Shown one piece after another: positions 52,730 through 59,460 of a stretch of 59,460 nucleotides of DNA (position 1 is the first letter of the stretch; every line of letters begins with the position of its first letter). Both the position numbers and the translations under genes were made by a program. This stretch comes from a bacterium (GTDB lineage: Bacteria; Sysuimicrobiota; Sysuimicrobiia; Sysuimicrobiales; Humicultoraceae), in the NCBI GenBank assembly GCA_050695215.1, contig JBOGSD010000013.1:1-59460 (forward strand). The letters are read 5' to 3'. The notes beneath the pieces are model-generated. The model was not told where the DNA came from. It searched no databases and saw only the letters and a program-made list of their open reading frames with translations.

Positions 52730-53287
52730 TTACGACACGGCGACCGGCTCGCGCAGCGGCAGCCCGAGGAGCCGCAGTAGTTCGCGCGCCTCCTCGTCCG
52801 TGCGCGCCGTCGTCACGATCGTGATGTCCATCCCCCGAATCCTGTCCACCTTGTCGTAGTCGATCTCCGGAAAGATCAACTGCTCCTTGATCCCGACGTT
52901 CAAGTTGCCGCGCGCGTCGAAGGCGCGTTCGCTGACGCCTTTGAAGTCCTTGATCCGCGGCAGGGCGACGCTGAAGAGCTTGTCCAGGAACTCGTACATG
53001 CGATCCCCCCGCAGCGTCACCTTGGCCCCAATGGGGACGCCCGCCCGCAGCTTGAACGCGGCGATGGACTTCCGCGCCCGGGTGACCAGCGGCCGCTGCC
53101 CAGTGATCTGGGTCAGCTCTTCCACCGCTTTGTCGATCTGCCGTGGCTCGGAAACCGCTTCCCCCACGCGTACATTGAGCACGATTTTCTCAACGCGGGG
53201 CACCTCCATGACGTTCCGGTACTGGAAGCGCTCGCGGAGTTTCTGCACGACTTCCTTCCTGTACCGCTCTCGTAGCCGAGTCGCCAT
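52730..53287 (-). CDS. rplE: 50S ribosomal protein L5
   Basis: [34 protein letters not shown]. Confidence 0.95.
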   Translation of the reverse strand: MATRLRERYRKEVVQKLRERFQYRNVMEVPRVEKIVLNVRVGEAVSEPRQIDKAVEELTQITGQRPLVTRARKSIAAFKLRAGVPIGAKVTLRGDRMYEFLDKLFSVALPRIKDFKGVSERAFDARGNLNVGIKEQLIFPEIDYDKVDRIRGMDITIVTTARTDEEARELLRLLGLPLREPVAVS

Positions 53288-53300
53288 CGTCCTGCTCCCC

Positions 53301-53618
53301 TTAACTAATCTGCTCCCCGCAGTTGCGGCAGACCCGTACCTTGCTCCCGTCCGGCAGGTGGTCGTGCCCGAAGCGCACCGCCTCGCCGCATTTGCCGCAG
53401 ACCAGCATCACCTTGCTGGCCGCGATGCGCGCCTCTTTCTCCACGATGCCGCCCTGAGGCAGCTTCTGCGTGGGCTTGGCGTGGCGCTTCACCACGTTCA
53501 CGCCCTCGACGATGAGGCGGCCGCGATCGGGGAAGACCCGCAGCACCCGTCCCCGCTTCCCGCGGTTGCGCCCCCCGATCACCTCAACGGTGTCGCCCTT
53601 GCGCACGTGCACGGCCAT
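53301..53618 (-). CDS. rplX: 50S ribosomal protein L24
   Basis: [24 protein letters not shown] motif. Confidence 0.95.
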   Translation of the reverse strand: MAVHVRKGDTVEVIGGRNRGKRGRVLRVFPDRGRLIVEGVNVVKRHAKPTQKLPQGGIVEKEARIAASKVMLVCGKCGEAVRFGHDHLPDGSKVRVCRNCGEQIS

Positions 53619-53621
53619 CGT

Positions 53622-53993
53622 CTACAGCACCTCCGGCGCCAGCGAGATGATCTTCATGAACTGGCGCTCCCGCAGTTCGCGCGCCACGGGGCCGAAGATC
53701 CGCGTCCCGCGCGGGTTCTGGCCGTCCGGGGTGAGGAGGACCGCGGCGTTGTCGTCGAAGCGGATGTAGCTGCCGTCGCCGCGGCGGACCTCCTTGTGCG
53801 TACGCACCACCACCGCCTTGACGATCTCCCCCTTCTTGACCGCGCTGTTGGGGATGGCCTGTTTGACCGTGCCCACGACAATGTCCCCCACCGTGGCATA
53901 GCGGCGCTGCCCGCCGCCCAATACCCGGATCACCAGCAGCTCCCGGGCACCAGTGTTGTCGGCCACCTTCACGCGCGATTGCTGCTGGATCAT
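53622..53993 (-). CDS. rplN: 50S ribosomal protein L14
   Basis: [18 protein letters not shown]. Confidence 0.95.
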   Translation of the reverse strand: MIQQQSRVKVADNTGARELLVIRVLGGGQRRYATVGDIVVGTVKQAIPNSAVKKGEIVKAVVVRTHKEVRRGDGSYIRFDDNAAVLLTPDGQNPRGTRIFGPVARELRERQFMKIISLAPEVL

Positions 53994-54322
53994 CGCTGCT
54001 CGTCGCCCGTCCCGTCCGCGCCGTCCGGGGCGGCCATCGCGGCCACCGACGCCATCGCCCGCGGGGTCACGACGCGCACCACCCGCCAGCGCTTGTCCTT
54101 ACTCAGCGGCCTGGTCTCGGCGATCAGCACCGTGTCCCCGGTGTGGCTGGCGTTGGACTCGTCGTGCGCCTTGTAGGTCTTGATGTAGCGCATCGTCTTC
54201 CGATAAAAAGGGTGGCGGCGGCGGGTCTCCACGCGGACGACCACCGTCTTGCTCATCCGGTCGCTGACGACGACGCCGACCTTCTCCTTGCGTGCTTTGC
54301 GCGCTGTCTTCTCCTGCGTCAC
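53990..54322 (-). CDS. rpsQ: 30S ribosomal protein S17 (C-terminal extension)
   Basis: [19 protein letters not shown]...YKAHDE. Confidence 0.9.
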   Translation of the reverse strand: MTQEKTARKARKEKVGVVVSDRMSKTVVVRVETRRRHPFYRKTMRYIKTYKAHDESNASHTGDTVLIAETRPLSKDKRWRVVRVVTPRAMASVAAMAAPDGADGTGDEQR

Positions 54323-54507
54323 GCCCGTGTCCCTTTCTCGGCCAGCACCGTCTTCATCCGCGCGACCTGCTGGCGCAGGAGGCGGATGCGGCCGCCGTTT
54401 CGCTGCGGTCCCACGCGCAGGCGCAGCGTGAAGAGTTCCTGCTGCGCGTCCTCCAACCGCTTGTGCAGTTCCTCGGGGGTGAGGTCCCGGTACTCTCCCG
54501 CGGCCAT
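54319..54507 (-). CDS. rpmC: 50S ribosomal protein L29
   Basis: ATG 54507 overlaps the rplP stop (ATGA). [22 protein letters not shown]. Confidence 0.9.
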   Translation of the reverse strand: MAAGEYRDLTPEELHKRLEDAQQELFTLRLRVGPQRNGGRIRLLRQQVARMKTVLAEKGTRA

Positions 54508-54926
54508 CAGACCGTCACCTCCGGCCGGGCCACGAACTTCGTGCGGATCGGCAGTTTGTGGCCGGCCAGGCGCATCGCCTCGCGCGCCACCTCTTCGGGC
54601 ACCCCCGCGAGCTCGAAGAGCGTGCGCCCGGGCTTGATCACCACCACCCAGCCTTCCGGGTTTCCTTTGCCGCTGCCCATTCGCGTCTCCGCCGGCTTCT
54701 TGGTGATCGGCTTGTCCGGGAAGACGCGGATCCACAATTTGCCGCCGCGCTTGATGAAGCGGGTGATCGCCACGCGCGCCGCCTCGAGCTGCTGCGCGGA
54801 CACCCAGGCCGGCTCCAGCGCCTGGAGGGCGAACTCGCCGAAGGCCACGCCCGAACCGGCGAAGGCCTTCCCCCGCCGGCTGCCGCGGTGGGCCTTGCGA
54901 AACTTGGTGCGCTTAGGCGCCTGCAT
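54507..54926 (-). CDS. rplP: 50S ribosomal protein L16
   Basis: [15 protein letters not shown]. Confidence 0.95.
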   Translation of the reverse strand: MQAPKRTKFRKAHRGSRRGKAFAGSGVAFGEFALQALEPAWVSAQQLEAARVAITRFIKRGGKLWIRVFPDKPITKKPAETRMGSGKGNPEGWVVVIKPGRTLFELAGVPEEVAREAMRLAGHKLPIRTKFVARPEVTV

Positions 54927-55680
54927 CGTCCTCTCTCCGTTTCACGGCCACCGCCGGCGCCCGTGAGGGAATCACCACCGTCTCGGGCTCTCCGCTCGAT
55001 GGCTCCGGCGGCGCGGGGCGCGGCGGGCGGCGGAACTCGTGTTCGACGCGGCGCGGCTCGGGCAGGATGTCCCCGCGGTAGATCCACGCCTTCACGCCGA
55101 TCCGCCCGTAGGTAGTGAGCGCCTCGGCGACGCCGAAGTCGATGTCCGCGCGCAGCGTGTGCAGCGGCACACGCCCCTCCCGGTACCACTCATAGCGGGC
55201 GATCTCCGCCCCGCCCAGCCGGCCGGCGGCGGCGAGGCGAATGCCCTTGGCCCCCGCCCGCAGGCTGCGCTGCACCGCCTGCTTCATGGCGCGGCGGTAG
55301 GCCACCCGCCGCTCCAGCTGCTGGGCGACGTTCTCGGCCACCAGCTGCGCTTCCAGCTCGGGCCGCCGGATCTCCTGGACGTTCAACTGGATCTGCTTGC
55401 CGGTGAGGGCGTCCAGCTCTTTCTTCAGCGCGTCGATGCCCGTGCCGCCCCGGCCGATGATGATCCCCGGGCGGGCGGCGTGGATGGTCACGCGCACGCG
55501 CGCGGCGGCGCGCTCGATCTCAATGCGCGAGATGCCGGCGCGATACATCTTCTTCTTGATGTGGCGGCGCAGTTGCACGTCCTCCTTGATCAACGGGGCC
55601 ATCCGCCGCGCGTACCAGCGGGACTCCCAGTCCCGGATGATCCCGACGCGCAACCCGACTGGATGAATCTTCTGTCCCAC
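54913..55680 (-). CDS. rpsC: 30S ribosomal protein S3 (C-terminal extension)
   Basis: [24 protein letters not shown]. Confidence 0.95.
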   Translation of the reverse strand: MGQKIHPVGLRVGIIRDWESRWYARRMAPLIKEDVQLRRHIKKKMYRAGISRIEIERAAARVRVTIHAARPGIIIGRGGTGIDALKKELDALTGKQIQLNVQEIRRPELEAQLVAENVAQQLERRVAYRRAMKQAVQRSLRAGAKGIRLAAAGRLGGAEIARYEWYREGRVPLHTLRADIDFGVAEALTTYGRIGVKAWIYRGDILPEPRRVEHEFRRPPRPAPPEPSSGEPETVVIPSRAPAVAVKRREDDAGA

Positions 55681-55706
55681 GCCTCACCTCCGCCCGGAGC
55701 CGGCCG

Positions 55707-56042
55707 TCACGACCGCTCTCCCACGACTACGGTCACATGGCTGCTGCGCTTCTTCAGCACGTCCAGCCGCCCGCGCGCCCGCGGGCTCAACCGGCGCTGC
55801 GACGGCCCCGCGTCCACGAAGGCCCGGGTGACGACCAGGTCTCCCCGGGCGAGTTCCAGGTTGTTCTCGGCGTTGGCCACCGCGGACTTCAGCGTCTTGG
55901 CCACGACCCGCGCCGCCTCGTGGGGGAGGAACTGCAGGATCGCCCGCGCCTCCTCCACCGGCCGGCCGCGGATCTGCGCCGTGATCCGCCGCACTTTTCT
56001 CGGGGCGATACGCACGTAGCGGGTAACCGCCTTCGTTTCCAT
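55707..56042 (-). CDS. rplV: 50S ribosomal protein L22
   Basis: AVTRYVRIAPRKVRRITAQIRG. Confidence 0.95.
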   Translation of the reverse strand: METKAVTRYVRIAPRKVRRITAQIRGRPVEEARAILQFLPHEAARVVAKTLKSAVANAENNLELARGDLVVTRAFVDAGPSQRRLSPRARGRLDVLKKRSSHVTVVVGERS

Positions 56043-56047
56043 TACGT

Positions 56048-56112
56048 CCCGCCCTCCCGCCCCCGCCGGCCACTAGGTCGCTGCGCTCCCACCGCCCCGC
56101 CCTCCCGCCCCC
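56048..56112 (-). repeat. Two G-quadruplex-type motifs in an 18-nt direct repeat (rpsS-rplV spacer, sense strand)
   Basis: Plus-strand C-tracts at 56048-56064 and 56095-56112. CCGCCCTCCCGCCCCCGC is repeated at 56049-56066 and 56097-56114. Confidence 0.6.
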
Positions 56113-56113
56113 G

Positions 56114-56398
56114 CTACCGGGGTGTCGTGGCGCGCTCGGTGTGCGCGCCGTGCCCTTTGAAGGTCCGCGTGGGCGCGAACTCCCCCAACTTGTGCCCGAC
56201 CATCTGCTCGGTGATGTAGAGGGGGACGTGCTTGCGCCCGTCGTAGACGGCGATCGTGTGCCCCACGAACTCCGGCAGGATGGTGGAGCGGCGCGACCAC
56301 GTGCGCACGACGCGGCGCTCGCGCGTGCGGTTGAGGTCGCGCATCTTCTCCAGCAGGTGCCCATCCACGAACGGACCCTTTTTCTTCGAGCGGGTCAT
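56114..56398 (-). CDS. rpsS: 30S ribosomal protein S19
   Basis: ORF 56114..56422. Likely start ATG 56398 ([16 protein letters not shown]). Confidence 0.95.
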   Translation of the reverse strand: MTRSKKKGPFVDGHLLEKMRDLNRTRERRVVRTWSRRSTILPEFVGHTIAVYDGRKHVPLYITEQMVGHKLGEFAPTRTFKGHGAHTERATTPR

Positions 56399-56434
56399 GT
56401 GCGCTGTCTCCTCTTCACTCAACTCACCTGATGG

Positions 56435-57259
56435 TTACTTGCGCCGCTTCACGATCATCCGGTCGCTGGCCTGGCGCCGGCGGGTCTTCGCGCCGAGCGT
56501 GGGTTTGCCCCAGGGACTGACCGGTCCGGGCATGCCGATGGGGGAGCGTCCCTCCCCGCCGCCGTGCGGGTGGCTGCTGGGGTCCATGGCCACGCCGCGC
56601 ACCGACGGCCGCCAGCCCATCCAGCGGTTGCGCCCCGCCTTGCCGATCTTGATCGCTTCGTGCTCGACGTTGCCCACCTGGCCGACGGTGGCCCGGCAGT
56701 CCAGCGGCACCAGCCGCACCTCGCCCGAGGGCAGCCGCAGGTGGACGACCGGACCCTCTTTGGCCATGATCTGCGCCCCGCCGCCCGCCGAGCGCACCAG
56801 TTGTCCGCCGCGGCCCGGTCGCAGCTCGACGTTGTGCACGATCGTGCCGACCGGGATGTGGCGCATCGGCAGGGCGTTCCCCGGCTGGATCTCCGCGGTC
56901 GCCCCCGAGGTCACCCGCTCGCCGACGCGCAGCCCCACTGGGGCCAGGATGTAGCGCTTCTCGCCGTCGGCATAGTGCAGCAGGGCGATGCGCGCCGAGC
57001 GGTTCGGGTCGTACTCGATCGCCGCCACCTTGGCGCTGACCCCGTCCTTGTCGCGCTTGAAATCGATGACGCGATACAGCCGCCGGTGCCCGCCGCCGCG
57101 GTGCCGCACCGTCACCTTCCCCTGCGCGTTCCGGCCCGCGGCGCGGGACAGGCGCTCCGTGAGGGAAGGCTCAGGGCGGTGCTTCGTGATCTCGTCGAAG
57201 GTGTGGACGGTCATGAAGCGCCGTCCCGGTGTCGTTGGTTTGAACTTCTTGACGCCCAT
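56435..57259 (-). CDS. rplB: 50S ribosomal protein L2
   Basis: [14 protein letters not shown]...[12 protein letters not shown]. Confidence 0.95.
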   Translation of the reverse strand: MGVKKFKPTTPGRRFMTVHTFDEITKHRPEPSLTERLSRAAGRNAQGKVTVRHRGGGHRRLYRVIDFKRDKDGVSAKVAAIEYDPNRSARIALLHYADGEKRYILAPVGLRVGERVTSGATAEIQPGNALPMRHIPVGTIVHNVELRPGRGGQLVRSAGGGAQIMAKEGPVVHLRLPSGEVRLVPLDCRATVGQVGNVEHEAIKIGKAGRNRWMGWRPSVRGVAMDPSSHPHGGGEGRSPIGMPGPVSPWGKPTLGAKTRRRQASDRMIVKRRK

Positions 57260-57315
57260 CGGTCCTGATCACCTACCTTGGCCGCCTCTCGGCGGCGCAC
57301 AAACCTCCGGCGATC

Positions 57316-57606
57316 TTAGGTCAGGCTCTCCAGATCGATCTTGTCTCCCGCCCGCAACGTGACGATGGCCTTGCGCCGCCCGGTCGTGCGGTAGTAGTGG
57401 GGCCCACGGCGCTTCTGCCGGCCGGACAGCGTGATCACGTTGACCTTGGCCACCCTGACGTTGAACAGCCGCTCGACGGCCTCCCGGATGGCCAGCTTGT
57501 TGTAGCCCGGCGCCACTTCGAAGGTGTACTTGCCGCCCTCGGTGCCGCGCATGCTCTTCTCGGTCAGGATCGGCCGCCGGATCACCAGGCGCGCTTCCAC
57601 GTTCAT
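57316..57606 (-). CDS. rplW: 50S ribosomal protein L23
   Basis: ORF sequence (VIRRPILTEKS) and position. Confidence 0.9.
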   Translation of the reverse strand: MNVEARLVIRRPILTEKSMRGTEGGKYTFEVAPGYNKLAIREAVERLFNVRVAKVNVITLSGRQKRRGPHYYRTTGRRKAIVTLRAGDKIDLESLT

Positions 57607-58265
57607 CGCCGGCTCCTCCGGACGTCGCCGTCACCCCCGCCCTCACCCCAGACCTCCGCCAGCACGTCCAGGGCGTCTTTCGTGACGACCAGAGCCTGAT
57701 GCCTCAGCAGGTCGTGGACGTTCAGGGTGCGCGCGGTCAGCACGGTCACACCCGGCAGATTGGCCGCCGCCTTGATCACCATCTGATCGTGGGCGGCGGT
57801 CACGAGCACGGTGTGGCGCCCTTCCAGGCCCATCTTCGCCAGCGCTGCCCGAAGGTCGCGCGTGCGCGGCGTCTCCGGCCGCAGCGTCTCCACCACGGTC
57901 AGCCCGCCGCCCTGCGCCCGGTCGGCCAGGAGCGAGCGGATGGCCAGCCGCCGTACTCGCTTGGGAAGCGCGTAGCCGTGCGTCCGAGGCAGCGGACCGA
58001 ACGTGATCCCCCCGCCGACCCAGATGGGCGAACGCCGGCTGCCGGCGCGCGCGCGGCCGGTGCCCTTCTGCCGCCAGGGTTTCCGCCCCCCCCCGCGCAC
58101 GTCGCCGCGCGTCTTGGTGGCGTGGGTCCCGGTACGCCGTCCCGCCAGCTGCGAGAGCAGCGCTTCGTGGACGACCTCCGGGTGGGGCTTCGCGTCAAAG
58201 AGGGCCGGCAGGTCCACCTCGCCTTGCGCGCTCCCCGTGGCGTCCACCAGAGTCGCCTTCACCAT
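57603..58265 (-). CDS. rplD: 50S ribosomal protein L4
   Basis: GGGRKPWRQKGTGRARAGSRRSPIWVGGG. Confidence 0.95.
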   Translation of the reverse strand: MVKATLVDATGSAQGEVDLPALFDAKPHPEVVHEALLSQLAGRRTGTHATKTRGDVRGGGRKPWRQKGTGRARAGSRRSPIWVGGGITFGPLPRTHGYALPKRVRRLAIRSLLADRAQGGGLTVVETLRPETPRTRDLRAALAKMGLEGRHTVLVTAAHDQMVIKAAANLPGVTVLTARTLNVHDLLRHQALVVTKDALDVLAEVWGEGGGDGDVRRSRR

Positions 58266-58930
58266 TAGCCTCGCTCCTTCTCCTTGCCCCGCCGCTTCCG
58301 CCCGGGTTTCGCCGCGGCCCCCCGCAGCACCAGCAGGCTGCCCCGGATTCCCGGGACCGCCCCGCGCAGGTAGAGCAGGTTCCGCTCGGCTTCTACCTTG
58401 ATGACCCGCAGTCCGCGCACGGTAACGCGCGCGCTGCCGCTCCGCCCGGGCATGCGCTTGCCGGGGAGGACGCGGGCGATGTTGGACGAGCCGATCGAGC
58501 CGACCGCCCGATGCATCAGCGACACGCCGTGCGTGTCACGCTGCCCACTGAACCCGTGGCGCTTCATCGCCCCGGTGAATCCCTTGCCCCGGCTGGTCCC
58601 GATGACGTCCACGATGTCCCCCGGCGAGAAGGCGTCAACCTTGAGCGTCTGTCCGGGCTCCAGCCCCGCCGCCGCGGCCCCCCGGACCTCCCGGAGGTAG
58701 CGCTGCGGAGTCACGCCGGCCTTGCCGTAGACCCCCCGGGCCGCCTTGCTGAGCCGCCGCAGATTCGCCTGACCAAACCCCAGACGGGCCGCCTCGTAGC
58801 CGTCCCGGTCCGCCGACCGCCGATCCACCACCACGACGGGACCGGCCTCCACCAGCGTCACGGGCACGCGGTGGCCGGCATCATCGAACACCTCGGTCAT
58901 CCCCAGTTTGCGTCCCAGCAGCGTGGCCAT
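58265..58930 (-). CDS. rplC: 50S ribosomal protein L3
   Basis: [16 protein letters not shown]...[11 protein letters not shown]. Confidence 0.95.
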   Translation of the reverse strand: MATLLGRKLGMTEVFDDAGHRVPVTLVEAGPVVVVDRRSADRDGYEAARLGFGQANLRRLSKAARGVYGKAGVTPQRYLREVRGAAAAGLEPGQTLKVDAFSPGDIVDVIGTSRGKGFTGAMKRHGFSGQRDTHGVSLMHRAVGSIGSSNIARVLPGKRMPGRSGSARVTVRGLRVIKVEAERNLLYLRGAVPGIRGSLLVLRGAAAKPGRKRRGKEKERG

Positions 58931-58943
58931 CAGCGTCGCTCCG

Positions 58944-59258
58944 TTACAGTTTGATCTCGATGTCCACGCCGGCCGGCAGGTCGAGATGCATCAGGGCGTC
59001 CACGGTCTTTTGGGTCGGCTCCAGGATGTCGATCAGGCGCTTGTGGGTGCGCAGCTCGAAATGCTCCATCGACTCCTTATCGATGTGCGGGGAGCGGATC
59101 ACCGTGAAGACGTTGCGCGCGGTCGGCAGCGGCACCGGACCGCTGATCCGGGCGCCGGTGCGCTTGACGGTGTCGACGATCTTCTCGGCCGATTGATCTA
59201 GGACTTTGTGGTCAAAGGCGCGGAGTTTGATGCGGATCTTCTGCTTCACGGTGTTCAC
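58944..59258 (-). CDS. rpsJ: 30S ribosomal protein S10
   Basis: [17 protein letters not shown]. The GTG start overlaps the tuf stop (GTGA). Confidence 0.95.
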   Translation of the reverse strand: MNTVKQKIRIKLRAFDHKVLDQSAEKIVDTVKRTGARISGPVPLPTARNVFTVIRSPHIDKESMEHFELRTHKRLIDILEPTQKTVDALMHLDLPAGVDIEIKL

Positions 59259-59460
59259 TCGACGACCGCGGTGACGACGCCGGCGCCCACCGTCCGCCCG
59301 CCCTCGCGCACCGCGAACCGCAGCCCCTCTTCCAGCGCCACCGGCGTGATCAGGATCACGTCCAGGTTCACGTTGTCCCCCGGCATCACCATCTCCACCC
59401 CCGCCGGCAGCGCGATGTCCCCCGTCACGTCCGTCGTCCGAAAGTAGAACTGCGGCCGGT
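59255..59460 (-). CDS. tuf: Elongation factor Tu, C-terminal part (5' end outside window)
   Basis: The minus frame reads ..[67 protein letters not shown]. Confidence 0.9.
   Translation of the reverse strand, partial: RPQFYFRTTDVTGDIALPAGVEMVMPGDNVNLDVILITPVALEEGLRFAVREGGRTVGAGVVTAVVE

Noticed and set aside
1-59460. Search by eye for Sec-decoding components (tRNA-Sec with a UCA anticodon, selA/selB/selD), rRNA genes, integrases and toxin-antitoxin or defence-system genes.
   Set aside because: None were recognised in this window. Their absence here says nothing about the rest of the genome, and Sec machinery is normally encoded elsewhere.

Overview
High-GC bacterial window in two parts.

(A) 40.2-59.5 kb is a conserved minus-strand housekeeping block. 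It runs tuf (partial), then the S10/spc/alpha ribosomal-protein cluster (rpsJ to rplQ, including secY, adk, map, infA, rpmJ, rpoA), then ecfA1-ecfA2-ecfT-truA. This synteny looks Firmicutes/Terrabacteria-like. There is no rpmD (L30), and a KOW-domain gene sits between map and infA.

(B) 0-39.8 kb is an accessory-looking envelope redox and copper region that ends at a tRNA-Met(CAU).
- Copper genes: CopC-CopD fusion, MerR regulator plus CopA P-type ATPase, cupredoxin lipoprotein, Met-rich protein, YHS protein, DUF2933-like protein.
- Cytochrome c maturation genes: CcmF, CcmH, DsbE/ResA-like, two CcdA-type transporters, TlpA.
- Also a BlaI/CopY-family repressor, an M56 (BlaR1-like) protease, a Rieske protein, c-type cytochromes, an orphan CuA subunit II, PBP2, DUF3179 and two DUF881 paralogs.
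- Decay signs: an IS256 remnant, Fpg and glycogen-debranching pseudogenes, and a duplicated three-gene cassette.

Headline observations:
1. Two paralogous membrane-anchored Prx/redoxin-like genes carry a conserved in-frame TGA. It sits exactly where a third, Cys-containing paralog in the same window has the first Cys of CxxC, giving UxxC, and a SECIS-like hairpin follows. These are selenoprotein candidates.
2. The adjacent six-bladed BNR/Asp-box propeller gene also has an in-frame TGA (C-x-U) inside an Asp-box, with an 8-bp GGU-loop hairpin 11 nt downstream.
3. A 17-bp palindrome, CACTAC-N5-GTAGTG, occurs at eight promoter-proximal sites over 27 kb. This defines a putative BlaI/CopY-M56 regulon that links copper export, cytochrome c maturation, the Sec-redoxin operon, PBP2, DUF3179 and DUF881.
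4. Structured repeat elements and tandem G-quadruplex motifs lie in spacers of the ribosomal operon.

No CRISPR array, rRNA, tRNA-Sec or sel genes were seen in the window.
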